Assembly: GCA_025362975.1 (NCBI GenBank)
Contig: JANYES010000011.1
Span: 129,581-193,580 of the forward strand
DNA from: Alphaproteobacteria bacterium
GTDB taxonomy: Bacteria; Pseudomonadota; Alphaproteobacteria; Rickettsiales; SXRF01
DNA length: 64,000 nt
Direction of reading: 5' to 3'
Part shown: positions 38,720-48,206 of the stretch, piece after piece
Numbering within the stretch: position 1 is the stretch's first letter
How the letters are laid out: the number at the start of each line of letters is the position of its first letter
Made by a program: the position numbers and the translations under genes
The notes under the pieces: model-generated
Told to the model about the DNA's origin: nothing
Database searches by the model: none
What the model saw: the letters and a program-made list of their open reading frames with translations, nothing else

Positions 38720-39508
38720 ATGGCTAAAACATCCGGCTCACGCGTCGTGCCTGCCGCCGACGAAGTTTTAGACGAGTATCCCCTGTTCTTCAAAAAGCCT
38801 GTCGCGCTTGACGCGAGCAAGCATGCGAAGGCAGGGATAACTCCCGAGGCTGATTTTTCTTTCGCCCTTAACAGCAATTCCATCATCGTCAATGGGATTG
38901 AGTTTTACGAACTTTCGAAGTTCTACCCGATCGTGTTCACCGAAGGCGAATCGCCGATTCCGGCTGTCGTCGTGGGGCTTGAAAACGATAATTACTTTGT
39001 CGGCGACAAAGGCCAATGGAAAGAAGCGACCTACATTCCCGCTTACGTGCGCAAATACCCGTTCGCCTTTATGGATTTTACCGATAGTGATAGCCACGTG
39101 CTCTGCATCGACGAAAAAGCCCCGCAATTCAAAGCCAGCGGCGGCAAAAACACGCTCGGCCTGTTCAAAGCCGGCGAGCCGACCGACGTTACCAAGCACG
39201 CGCTGCAATTCTGCGCCGCTTACCATCAGGATTTCCAGCTCACTGATTTATTCTGCCGCGAAATGGCCAAGGCCGAGCTGCTCGTGCCGATGCGTTTCGA
39301 CGTCAAACTCCATAGCGGCCGCGACCTGAACATCGGCGGTTTCCAGATTATTGATGAAAAAAAACTTCAGGCATTGCCGGATAAAACTATCGTTGAATTC
39401 TTCAAACATGGCTGGATGCCGCTGATTTACGCCTCGCTCATTTCGCATTCCAACTGGAAGATTTTAGCGGAAATGGCTGGCAATCTGGAAAAAACCAAAG
39501 CCAACTAA
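38720..39508 (+). CDS. SapC-family protein
   Basis: FFKKPVALDASKHAKAG...YPIVFTEGESPIPAVVVGLEND...YIPAYVRKYPFAF...GGFQIIDEKKL. Confidence 0.7.
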   Translation: MAKTSGSRVVPAADEVLDEYPLFFKKPVALDASKHAKAGITPEADFSFALNSNSIIVNGIEFYELSKFYPIVFTEGESPIPAVVVGLENDNYFVGDKGQWKEATYIPAYVRKYPFAFMDFTDSDSHVLCIDEKAPQFKASGGKNTLGLFKAGEPTDVTKHALQFCAAYHQDFQLTDLFCREMAKAELLVPMRFDVKLHSGRDLNIGGFQIIDEKKLQALPDKTIVEFFKHGWMPLIYASLISHSNWKILAEMAGNLEKTKAN

Positions 39509-39529
39509 TCCCTATCAAAGGCTTCCCGT

Positions 39530-40042
39530 ATGTCTGACGTTACGCTCAAACAGCCATCCGCTACCGTCAATATCAGCCGCGAGCCCGAAATGGTCACGCG
39601 CGGCGACCGCCCGTTCGCGTATCTTGAAAAGCGCGGACCGTTCATGAAACAGGCTCCACAAGCATGGAAAGAATTCTGGGGCGTGGCGCGTTCGCTTGCC
39701 GAAGCCGGGCTTTCCAACGGCATGGTCGGCTTAAGCCATGTCGACACCAGCAAGCAAGGCGATGAGGCCTATATTTATCAGGCCGGGATGCTACTCGACC
39801 ATCAGCCAGCGACCCTGCAACCGCCGCTGCAATATCGCGACATTCCTGCCTGCAATTATGCGCGCTTCCTGCTGACCGGTCCGTATCACCAGCTCGCATA
39901 TGCCTATCCTGAGGCCTTCCGTATCCTCTCCGAACTGAAGATCGCCCGCCGCGACGATTTCTGCATCGAAACCTATCTCAACGATCCGTCCGCCACAGCG
40001 GAAGACCAGTTGCAGACCGAAATCCTGATTCCCGTCCCATGA
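39530..40042 (+). CDS. GyrI-like small-molecule-binding domain protein
   Basis: ~170 aa. ...FAYLEKRGPFMKQAPQAWKEFW...NYARFLLTGPYHQLAYAYPEAF...DDFCIETYLNDP. Overlaps the ubiX start (ATGA). Confidence 0.6.
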   Translation: MSDVTLKQPSATVNISREPEMVTRGDRPFAYLEKRGPFMKQAPQAWKEFWGVARSLAEAGLSNGMVGLSHVDTSKQGDEAYIYQAGMLLDHQPATLQPPLQYRDIPACNYARFLLTGPYHQLAYAYPEAFRILSELKIARRDDFCIETYLNDPSATAEDQLQTEILIPVP

Positions 40043-40608
40043 GCAAAATCATTATCGGCATATCCGGCGCATCCGGCGCCATTTACGGCATCGAGATGCT
40101 GAAGGCCTTGAAAGCCGCCAACATCGAAACCCATCTCGTCGTCTCCAAAACCGCGCAGATCACCATCGCCCACGAAACACCCTACACCCTCCCACAGGTC
40201 CACGCCCTCGCAACCCATACCCACAGCGCTGCCGATCTATCGGCCAGCATCGCCAGCGGCTCGTTTAAAACGCTGGGCATGGTCGTCGCCCCCTGCTCCA
40301 TGCGCAGCCTCGCCGAAATCGCCCTGGGCAGCAGCACCACGCTGCTCACCCGCGCCGCCGACGTATGCCTCAAGGAACGCCGCCGCCTCGTCCTGATGGC
40401 CCGCGAAACCCCCCTCACATCGGCGCATTTGCGTAACATGCTGGCCGTCTCCGATATGGGCGGCATTATCGCCCCCCCGGTGCCGGCCTTCTACAGTAAG
40501 CCCGAAAATCTGGATGCAATGGTCGCCCACACGGTGGGAAGGGTCCTTGACCTGTTCGACATCCAGCACTCCCTAGTCCAGCGCTGGGACGGGGTTCCGG
40601 CGGAATAA
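40039..40608 (+). CDS. ubiX: Flavin prenyltransferase UbiX
   Basis: IIIGISGASGAIYGIEMLKAL...MVVAPCSMRSLAEIALG...LTRAADVCLKERRRLVLMARETPL...GGIIAPPVPAFY. Confidence 0.92.
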   Translation: MSKIIIGISGASGAIYGIEMLKALKAANIETHLVVSKTAQITIAHETPYTLPQVHALATHTHSAADLSASIASGSFKTLGMVVAPCSMRSLAEIALGSSTTLLTRAADVCLKERRRLVLMARETPLTSAHLRNMLAVSDMGGIIAPPVPAFYSKPENLDAMVAHTVGRVLDLFDIQHSLVQRWDGVPAE

Positions 40609-40795
40609 ATTACTTAAATTCGAAAATTCCCCCTAAAAGGGCCACAAAGAATAGTACCGGATTGTTAATTTTTCATAAATGAGTAGGCAAAGGTCGTATT
40701 TTTTGTTATAATAACGCCGATTTGAGTAATGACGCACCCCCGTGGAAAACTCTGCGGTGCATGGCTAAGCGTCGGAATTTTGGGTTTATAGTGCT

Positions 40796-40984
40796 ATGAA
40801 CGAAGATTTGGTACAGATTAAACAGCTCGAATCGCTGCGCTTAGAACACCGCCATCTAGACGATCAGGCCAAAGATCCCGCCCTTGACGAGTTTTCTCGC
40901 AAGCGCCTGCAAAAGCTCAAACTCGCCATGCGCGACGAGATCATGAAGCTCGAGCAGCTCGTCTACCCGGATATCACCGCTTAA
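40796..40984 (+). CDS. DUF465 (YdcH-like) small protein
   Basis: 62 aa, LESLRLEHRHLDDQ...RLQKLKLAMRDEI. Extended -10 TGTTATAAT at 40704-40712. Confidence 0.7.
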   Translation: MNEDLVQIKQLESLRLEHRHLDDQAKDPALDEFSRKRLQKLKLAMRDEIMKLEQLVYPDITA

Positions 40985-41070
40985 ATCCGCGTTTTTCCCT
41001 CAAAAAACGTTGAAAATTCCCGGCCGCTATTCTATACCATAGCACCACTTACTCTTGACCGGGATTTGCC

Positions 41071-41961
41071 ATGACTACTGCTTTCAATTCAAAGCCTTTC
41101 CGCATCGGCCTGATGCAAATGCGCATGGGCAAAAAAGTTGCCGACAACGTAGCGCACGCCTGCGACATGCTGGAAAAAGCTGCTGCTCAAGGCGTTGAAG
41201 TCGCGTGTCTGCCCGAACTCTTCGGCAGCGAGTATTTCTGCCAGAAGCTGGACCAGTCCTATTTCGACCTCGCCGAGCCGCTCGACGGCCCGACCGTCAC
41301 CGCGCTTTCCAAGGTCGCGAAAAATACCGGCATGGCCATCGTCGCCTCCATCTATGAAAAAGCGGCGCACGGACTTCACTACAACACCGTCGTGATGATC
41401 GAAAAAGACGGCGCGTCGCTCGGCCACTACCGCAAGATGCACATCCCGCACGACCCGCTTTTCGAAGAAAAATACTATTTCGCCCCCGGCGATCTCGGCT
41501 TCAAAGCGTTCGACACGCAAGCTGGCAAAATCGGCACGCTGATCTGCTGGGACCAGTGGTATCCCGAGGCCGCCCGCCTGACCGCCATGCAGGGAGCCGA
41601 TGTATTGTTCTACCCCACCGCCATCGGCTGGCAGCCGGCCGAAAAAGCCGAATTCGGCGATGCGCAAGTATCCGCATGGGAAACCATCCAGCGCAGCCAC
41701 GCCATTGCCAACGGCGTTTACGTGGCCGCCGTCAACCGCATCGGCCATGAAATCATCACCGGTGACGGGTTGGAATTCTTCGGCCATTCCTTCATCTGCG
41801 ACCCGTTCGGGCGCGTGCTTGCAATGGGCAGTCACGATAAAGAAGAAATCCTCACCGCCGAAATCGACCCGAAACTCATCGAATACACCCGCCGCAACTG
41901 GCCGTTCTTCCGCGACCGCCGCGTCGACGCCTATGGCGGCATCACCAAGCGTTTCGGCTGA
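41071..41961 (+). CDS. aguB: N-carbamoylputrescine amidase (carbon-nitrogen hydrolase)
   Basis: ACLPELF (Glu), YRKMHIP (Lys), TLICWDQWYPE (Cys) catalytic triad context. Next to the agmatine deiminase. Confidence 0.85.
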   Translation: MTTAFNSKPFRIGLMQMRMGKKVADNVAHACDMLEKAAAQGVEVACLPELFGSEYFCQKLDQSYFDLAEPLDGPTVTALSKVAKNTGMAIVASIYEKAAHGLHYNTVVMIEKDGASLGHYRKMHIPHDPLFEEKYYFAPGDLGFKAFDTQAGKIGTLICWDQWYPEAARLTAMQGADVLFYPTAIGWQPAEKAEFGDAQVSAWETIQRSHAIANGVYVAAVNRIGHEIITGDGLEFFGHSFICDPFGRVLAMGSHDKEEILTAEIDPKLIEYTRRNWPFFRDRRVDAYGGITKRFG

Positions 41962-41963
41962 TC

Positions 41964-42260
41964 ATGCCTGCACCATTGGCGACGTTCAGCAACAAAGAAG
42001 ACATCAAAGTGCTGCTGCGCGGCGCGAAGATCGGCAAAGTCAGCGCGCCTGAACTGCATCGCGACCACAGCCTCGAAGATATTTTCGACAAATTGCAGGC
42101 GATCACCGGCCTGACCGACGATGCGCTTGCCGCCTCGCTCAACATGCACGCGCAGCGCCTTACGCAGCATATCATTGAGCATCGTCTGGAAAATATTGTC
42201 AAAGCCGATGTCGCGCTTTACAAAGACCACCATGCCACCACCGAATCACGAGCCATATGA
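41964..42260 (+). CDS. Small hypothetical protein embedded between aguB and aguA
   Basis: ATG 2 nt after the aguB stop. Its stop overlaps the aguA ATG (ATGA). Possible HTH-like stretch LTDDALAASLNMHAQRLTQHI. Confidence 0.5.
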   Translation: MPAPLATFSNKEDIKVLLRGAKIGKVSAPELHRDHSLEDIFDKLQAITGLTDDALAASLNMHAQRLTQHIIEHRLENIVKADVALYKDHHATTESRAI

Positions 42261-43300
42261 GCCAGAATCCACGTTATTTCATGCCCGCCGAATGGGAAAA
42301 CCACGCCGCCACCATCCTTGCATGGCCCCATAACCGCGAAGACTGGCCGGGCAAGTTCGACCCCATTCCGTGGGTCTACGGCGACATCGTCACGTATATC
42401 ACCAAACACGAACGCGTGCGCCTGATCGTGAAGAACGAGAAGGAAAAAGAAAAAGCTAAAGTGATTTGCGAGAAGTCCGGCGCAAACCTTTCCAAAATCG
42501 ATTTTTATGTTATCCCGACAAACCGCGTCTGGATGCGCGATTCCGGCCCCATCGTGGTGCGCGATGGCAAAAATAAAAAACACCTGCTCGACTGGCGTTT
42601 CAACGCTTGGGCGAAATATCCCAACCATAAGCTCGACGACAAAGTCTCCGCCGAACTCAACAAGCACTGGAAGCTGCCCATCGTGCAGCCGATGCATAAG
42701 GACAAGCGCGTCGTACTCGAAGGCGGCTCCATCGACGTCAACGGTAAAGGCCTGTTGCTGACCACCGAAGAATGCCTGCTCAGCAACATTCAAGAACGCA
42801 ATCCCGGTTTTAAACGCGGCGATTACGAGGAAGTCTTCAACCAATATCTCGGCATCGATCAAGTCATCTGGCTCGGAAACGGCATCGTCGGCGACGACAC
42901 GCACGGCCATGTCGACGACATCACCCGCTTCGTTGCCGCCGACACCGTCGTTACGGTAGTGGAATCCAATACCAAGGACGCCAATCATCCGCTACTCAAA
43001 GACAACGTCAAACGCCTTAAAGCCGTGCGCTACGGCAAGGGCAAACAACTCACTATCGTCGAACTGCCGATGCCCAAGCCGGTCTATTTCGAAGAGCAAC
43101 TCCTGCCCGCATCCTACGCTAATTTCCTGATCTGCAATAAGCTGGTCCTCGTGCCTACATTCAACGACGTCAATGACCGCTTAGCCCTCAACATCCTCGC
43201 AGAACTTTTCCCAAAACACGATGTCATCGGTATCAACTGCCGCGATTTCGTCTGGGGATTAGGGACCATCCATTGCGCCAGCCAACAGGAACCGACATGA
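42257..43300 (+). CDS. aguA: Agmatine deiminase
   Basis: YFMPAEWENHAATILAWPH...WMRDSGPI...GGSIDVNGKG...THGHVDD...LGTIHCASQQEP. Confidence 0.92.
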   Translation: MSQNPRYFMPAEWENHAATILAWPHNREDWPGKFDPIPWVYGDIVTYITKHERVRLIVKNEKEKEKAKVICEKSGANLSKIDFYVIPTNRVWMRDSGPIVVRDGKNKKHLLDWRFNAWAKYPNHKLDDKVSAELNKHWKLPIVQPMHKDKRVVLEGGSIDVNGKGLLLTTEECLLSNIQERNPGFKRGDYEEVFNQYLGIDQVIWLGNGIVGDDTHGHVDDITRFVAADTVVTVVESNTKDANHPLLKDNVKRLKAVRYGKGKQLTIVELPMPKPVYFEEQLLPASYANFLICNKLVLVPTFNDVNDRLALNILAELFPKHDVIGINCRDFVWGLGTIHCASQQEPT

Positions 43301-44196
43301 AGCGATTCGTCACGCCCAGGCAAACTTTGGTTTGCGTCTGGCGGGCGATAGTCAATACCATCAATCACGACGGTATCGAGCACGCGGGCTATCTCGCGTT
43401 CCTGACGCTGCTATCCATGTTCCCCTTCCTCGTGTTCATGTTCGCGCTCATCGGCGTGCTCGGCCAAGGTGCTGCCGGCACGGAATTCATCACATGGGTG
43501 CTCAAAGCCCTGCCGCAGCATTTAACCGCAGCGTTGCAACCGCGCGTCGTGGAAATCGTTTCCGGCCCGCCGCAGGGTTTGCTGACCATCTCGATTTTAG
43601 GCGCCATCTGGACGGCCTCGTCCGCCGTCGAGGGATTGCGCACTATCCTCAACCGCGCCTACCACGTGCAGACTCCCCCCGCCTACTGGCTGCGCCGCCC
43701 TTTAAGCATCCTGCAATTGCTGGTGTTCACCTTCGTGCTCATCAGCGCCATGATCACCGTCGTCACCGTGCCGATCATCCTGCACTACATTGAAGATTTG
43801 CTGAAAGTCCATCTCATCCCTGAAAACCGCGATTATTTAAGCCGCCTCACCTTCTTCGTGTCCGTGGCCGTCATGTTCCTCGGCGTCTGCTCAATTTATT
43901 ACACGGTGCCTAACATCCAGCAGCACCTCATCTCCGTCGCCCCCGGCGCGGTGATCGTCGTCCTCGGCTGGCTGGGCGCTGCCGGAATTCTCACGGTATA
44001 CCTATCAAACTTCCAGCAGGTAAACCTGATTTACGGCTCGCTGGGCGGCATTATCGCAACGCTCGTATTCTTTTACATCTGTAATATGATTTTTATTTTC
44101 GGCGCTGAATTCAATTTCCAGATCGTCCATACGCTCGGCCTGCGTATTGTGCAGAAGGAAGTCGTAAGCCCATCTCAGCCGCGCGAAATACCGTAA
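43297..44196 (+). CDS. YihY/BrkB-family inner-membrane protein
   Basis: HDGIEHAGYLAFLTLLSMFPFLVF...YGSLGGIIATLVFFYICNMIFIFGAEFN. ATGA overlap with aguA. Confidence 0.85.
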   Translation: MKRFVTPRQTLVCVWRAIVNTINHDGIEHAGYLAFLTLLSMFPFLVFMFALIGVLGQGAAGTEFITWVLKALPQHLTAALQPRVVEIVSGPPQGLLTISILGAIWTASSAVEGLRTILNRAYHVQTPPAYWLRRPLSILQLLVFTFVLISAMITVVTVPIILHYIEDLLKVHLIPENRDYLSRLTFFVSVAVMFLGVCSIYYTVPNIQQHLISVAPGAVIVVLGWLGAAGILTVYLSNFQQVNLIYGSLGGIIATLVFFYICNMIFIFGAEFNFQIVHTLGLRIVQKEVVSPSQPREIP

Positions 44197-45398
44197 GCCT
44201 GATCGCGAAAAATCTGACCTTCTTTTTCGATATGTGCCTGCGCGTCCTGCCAGGGTTTTAGCTCAGGCATGGTTTTCCAGATCTGTTGCAACTGCATCAG
44301 ATCTTTGATATGCGGCATCACCACCGCGCCCCAATCGAGAATCACCGGAATCGACTGTTTATTTCCCGCTTCGTCGGTGTAATTATAAATGCCGACATTG
44401 CCTTCACGAATTTCAGGTTTATGAGTAGGTGGAATAAATTCTTTAAGTTGGCTGTTTTTAATCAGCTTTTGCAGCTCTTCAATCTGGGCGGCCGTCACCT
44501 TGCCGGTATCCACTTCCGGCATCACGCGGATCATCAGCATATCCTCGCCCGCCATCGCCGTTTCGCGCGCCAGTTCGGGCAGCATGGCCGGGTGCGGGAT
44601 GCGATTTTCCCTCGTTGGCGTAATCAAAATCCAGCGTTTCTTATTGTCTTTGTCAAACCCTACAAATGCCAGCGATGTTGAGCCATGACCGGCAAGCGCC
44701 ACCTTGGAAAACCCGAGTTTCTTGACTTTCTTGGCAACGTCCTTAGCAAGCTCAGGATTTTTTTCCATCATCGCCGTTGCGAACTGTGGCACAAACCGGT
44801 TATGCGGGTCGAAAAGCTGGCGGTTAAATTCCGGATTGGCCAACCGCGCGATGTATTCCACCGGCACCATCTTTTCCGTGGTCTTCAGATCGTCACTGAG
44901 CACCTTGGCGGTTTTAACCGCATAGCAGTTGCCCCTTTCTTCTGTGGCGCCCACATCACTCATCGCATGATTAAGCTGGGCTTTTTTCACCAGGAGCGCG
45001 TATTCCTGCGCAAGCCCGGCATGCTTGGTCGCCACGAAATAATCCTCCAGCACCTGCGCGTTGACGGTAAACCTTATTTCGCCATTTTCCACGCTGCGCA
45101 CGAACGGGCAATCCGACGCGATGTCCGCAAGCTCCGCTTTAAACGCCGCCTCGACTTTCTCAACTTTGAAACCCTTCGGCACCTCGAGCGAAATAATCAC
45201 GCTGGCATCCGGCACGTTAGATCCGTAATTCCCTGCAACAGCCGGGTCGAGGGTGACCGAAACTGAGCAGCATTCTTGGTTTTTATGGTAGAGTTTATCC
45301 GTCGCTGCGCGCAGCGCTTGCTGCTGTGGTTTCCAGAACGCATGCTGCGTTATGTCCTGTATCTCGCGATTTTCAAGGCGCTGCGGCGTTTTTTCCAT
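44175..45398 (-). CDS. Orphan protein, C-terminal half with protein-kinase-like motif spacing (tentative)
   Basis: LAGHGSTSLAF ... MLMIRVMPE ... PEIREGNVGI ... PVILDWGAV, with spacing reminiscent of Gly-loop/hinge/catalytic loop/DFG. No canonical HRD. The 3' end overlaps the convergent YihY gene by 22 nt. Confidence 0.5.
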   Translation of the reverse strand: MEKTPQRLENREIQDITQHAFWKPQQQALRAATDKLYHKNQECCSVSVTLDPAVAGNYGSNVPDASVIISLEVPKGFKVEKVEAAFKAELADIASDCPFVRSVENGEIRFTVNAQVLEDYFVATKHAGLAQEYALLVKKAQLNHAMSDVGATEERGNCYAVKTAKVLSDDLKTTEKMVPVEYIARLANPEFNRQLFDPHNRFVPQFATAMMEKNPELAKDVAKKVKKLGFSKVALAGHGSTSLAFVGFDKDNKKRWILITPTRENRIPHPAMLPELARETAMAGEDMLMIRVMPEVDTGKVTAAQIEELQKLIKNSQLKEFIPPTHKPEIREGNVGIYNYTDEAGNKQSIPVILDWGAVVMPHIKDLMQLQQIWKTMPELKPWQDAQAHIEKEGQIFRDQAYGISRG

Positions 45399-45460
45399 AC
45401 CCTGAGTGTATCACAGGGATATTACTGTTTTATGAACGCCAAAACACTTATAAATCAACG

Positions 45461-45958
45461 CTATAGAAGCGCTGGAATCTTCCCGTTGAAGATCATAAGC
45501 AGGAACCCGAAGGAAATCGCCACCCCATACGGTACCGGCTCCCCGTCGCGCAGGATGCGCGGCAATGGCTTTTTCTCGCCCTTGCTTGGGATAAATGGCA
45601 GCACTTTACGAATGCCCCACACGAGTACAGAAAACACCCCGCCAATCAGCGCCGTAATGAAAATAAAATCCGGTAAATTGGTAAGGCCGACCCACAGTGC
45701 ACAGGCTGTAATCAGCTTGATATCGCCCCCGCCCATCCACTTCATGGCGAACACGATATACCCCACGACCAGCACCAGCATCATACCCGCAACTGCCATT
45801 TTCCAGTCAACCGAATGATGCGCCATCATGACCGCAAACGGGTACGCAAGCAGCATCAAACCCACCAGCCAATTGGGAATCGTGTAATTGCTTACATCGA
45901 ACCACAGCACCAGCAACATACTGATAATAAGATAGATCGCGACGACGGACATGGGCAT
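45461..45958 (-). CDS. A24-family prepilin peptidase (CpaA/TadV-like)
   Basis: Two catalytic Asp contexts: WFDVSNYTIPN and MGGGDIKL. Polytopic. AGGAGA RBS before the ATG at 45958. Confidence 0.8.
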   Translation of the reverse strand: MPMSVVAIYLIISMLLVLWFDVSNYTIPNWLVGLMLLAYPFAVMMAHHSVDWKMAVAGMMLVLVVGYIVFAMKWMGGGDIKLITACALWVGLTNLPDFIFITALIGGVFSVLVWGIRKVLPFIPSKGEKKPLPRILRDGEPVPYGVAISFGFLLMIFNGKIPALL

Positions 45959-46025
45959 TTTCTCCTGCACGAACCATAGCAACAAGTATTCAATTAGCAA
46001 CGGTTTTCATGTTATACTGGTGGTC

Positions 46026-46847
46026 ATGCTGAACGTCTTCATCGGAGTTATCATACTGCTGGTCATCGCTTACGCGGCGATGATCGCCATGCTTTATTCC
46101 CGCCAGCGCACGTTGATCTACCACCCCCTCAAACCCATCTTAGCGCCCGAAGCGTATGGCCTGACCACCTTCACCGAATACCGCGCCACCACACCCGACA
46201 ACGAGTCCATCCAGCTCTGGCATCACGCCGCCAGCCCCGGTTTCCCCACCATTGTGCACTACCACGGCAACGCCACCAACATGGGCACGCGCACGCACAT
46301 CTATAGCGCACTCGCCGCTCGCGGCTTCGGTGTACTGGCAGTCGGCTATCGCGGTTACGGCAGCAGCACCGGCACACCAAGCGAAACCGGGCTTTATAAC
46401 GATGCGCGCACTGGCCTTTCCTTCGCCATGCAACAACTCCACATCCCTATTCGCAACATCGTGATTTACGGCGAATCGCTTGGCACGGGTGTTGCCGTAC
46501 AAATAGCCACCGAGTTCGACATCGCAGCCCTCATCTTACAATCGCCCTACACCTCGGTTGCCGCCCGCGCCGCCGAAATCTACTACTACGCCCCGGTCAT
46601 GTTCCTGATCAAAGACAGCTACAATTCCCTCTCTAAAATCGCGCATGTCCGCGCCCCTCTATTGCTCTTCCACGGTCACAAAGACGCCACCATTCCACTC
46701 GCCCACGCCAAAACCCTGTTCGACACCGCAACCACCCAGAAGCAAGCCGTTTATTTTGCCGAGATCGGCCACAATGATTTTGACACCACTGTGATTTCAG
46801 AGCATGTTTTAAACTTCTGTCGCACCCACAACCTCATACAGTCGTAA
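46026..46847 (+). CDS. Membrane-anchored alpha/beta hydrolase
   Basis: N-terminal TM helix. HYHGNATN, GYRGYGSS, nucleophile elbow YGESLGTG, HGHKDATIP, and IGHNDF (catalytic His). Confidence 0.8.
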   Translation: MLNVFIGVIILLVIAYAAMIAMLYSRQRTLIYHPLKPILAPEAYGLTTFTEYRATTPDNESIQLWHHAASPGFPTIVHYHGNATNMGTRTHIYSALAARGFGVLAVGYRGYGSSTGTPSETGLYNDARTGLSFAMQQLHIPIRNIVIYGESLGTGVAVQIATEFDIAALILQSPYTSVAARAAEIYYYAPVMFLIKDSYNSLSKIAHVRAPLLLFHGHKDATIPLAHAKTLFDTATTQKQAVYFAEIGHNDFDTTVISEHVLNFCRTHNLIQS

Positions 46848-46850
46848 CAC

Positions 46851-48206
46851 ATGCCTAAGATCAAGCGTCAAACGCTCGACGGATGGGGGCACACCCCGGT
46901 TGTCGAGTGTCCGTCATATCGGCCTGAGCGTAGCCGTGAGCTTGCGTCGCTCTTGCACGAACCGGGCACGCAATTGGCCCGTGGGTTAGGGCGCGCATAC
47001 GGCGATTGCGCACTGTCCCCCGAAGGCGTGGTGCTGACCGAACGCCTCAACCATTTCATTGAATTCGACGGCAAGCGCGGCCTTATCCGCGCCCAAGGCG
47101 GTGTGACACTCGCCGAACTTATGGACTACACCATCCCGCGCGGCTGGCTGCCCGCCGCCATCCCCGGCACTAAAAACGTCACCCTCGGCGGCGCATTCGC
47201 TTGCAACGTGCACGGCAAGAACCAGTTCCGCGAAGGCGATTTCGCCGACCACGTCCAATCCATCCGCCTGCTGCTGGCCAGCGGCGAAAGCATCGACTGC
47301 TCGCCCACGCATAACCGCGAAATTTTCTGGACCACCGCTGGCGGCATGGGCATGACCGGTATTATCGAAGAAATTACCCTCAAGCTCAAACCTATCCCCT
47401 CTTCCTCGCTCACCACCACCACCTACCGTGTCGAATCCCTCGAAGAAATGATCGAAGCCTTCGTCGAATTCCGCGGCGAAAGCGACTACATGGTCGGCTG
47501 GATCGACCACATGGCTAAAGGCGATGATATCGGCCGCGGCATCTTCGAAACCGCCGTGCACGCCACCCCCGAAAACGGCGGTAAGCCCCTTGCCAAATAC
47601 CAGCCGTCGGGCGCTCGTTTCAACGTGCCGTTCTTCATGCCCAACTTCGTGCTGAACCGCTATTCGATGGCGATTTACAACATGCTGCGTTTCCGCAAAT
47701 ACTCCGCGTGGCGCAAGGTCGAAACCGTGGGCTTTTCCAGCTTCTTCCATCCGCTCGACAAAATCGGCCACTGGAACAAGCTCTACGGCAAGCGCGGCTT
47801 CTTCCAGTATCAGTGCCTTTTCCCCGACGGTCCCGACGTCGTGGCCCAGATGCAGACGTTCCTCTCGGCACTCCACCGCAAGAAAATTTTCTCCTTCCTC
47901 GCCGTCATCAAATACCACCGCAAGCCCAAAGGCCTGCTCACCTTCTCGCAGGATGGCTATTCCATCGCGCTCGACTTCCCCAACACCCCGCGCGTGCGCT
48001 CGGTCCTGCCGCAGCTCAACAAATGGGTCGCCGACAACGGCGGACGCGTCTACCTCGCCAAGGATTCCTGCCTCACCGCCGATCTCTTCCCCGTCATGTA
48101 CGGCAAGGCCGCCCATGACTGGATGAGCGTCATCGATCAGCTAGACCCCGACGCCCATTTCACCTCCCTCATGTCCAAACGGCTCGGATGGAAATACCGC
48201 GCGTAA
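46851..48206 (+). CDS. FAD-dependent oxidoreductase, DprE1-like (decaprenylphospho-ribose 2'-oxidase family)
   Basis: LDGWGHTP...ARGLGRAYGDCAL...GGVTLAELMDYTIPRGWLPAAIPGTKNVTLGGAFACNVHGKN. Confidence 0.75.
   Translation: MPKIKRQTLDGWGHTPVVECPSYRPERSRELASLLHEPGTQLARGLGRAYGDCALSPEGVVLTERLNHFIEFDGKRGLIRAQGGVTLAELMDYTIPRGWLPAAIPGTKNVTLGGAFACNVHGKNQFREGDFADHVQSIRLLLASGESIDCSPTHNREIFWTTAGGMGMTGIIEEITLKLKPIPSSSLTTTTYRVESLEEMIEAFVEFRGESDYMVGWIDHMAKGDDIGRGIFETAVHATPENGGKPLAKYQPSGARFNVPFFMPNFVLNRYSMAIYNMLRFRKYSAWRKVETVGFSSFFHPLDKIGHWNKLYGKRGFFQYQCLFPDGPDVVAQMQTFLSALHRKKIFSFLAVIKYHRKPKGLLTFSQDGYSIALDFPNTPRVRSVLPQLNKWVADNGGRVYLAKDSCLTADLFPVMYGKAAHDWMSVIDQLDPDAHFTSLMSKRLGWKYRA

Noticed and set aside
46986-48116. 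A long antisense ORF (376 aa), with similar ones at 6875..7879, 41089..41835, 42218..42988, 52982..53710, 11155..11868, 62750..63454, 60946..61557 and 53978..54655.
   Set aside because: Each lies opposite a gene with strong family motifs or a paralog. Each has the Gly/Arg/Ala/His/Phe-rich composition typical of open antisense frames in GC-rich DNA. None has an RBS or motif.
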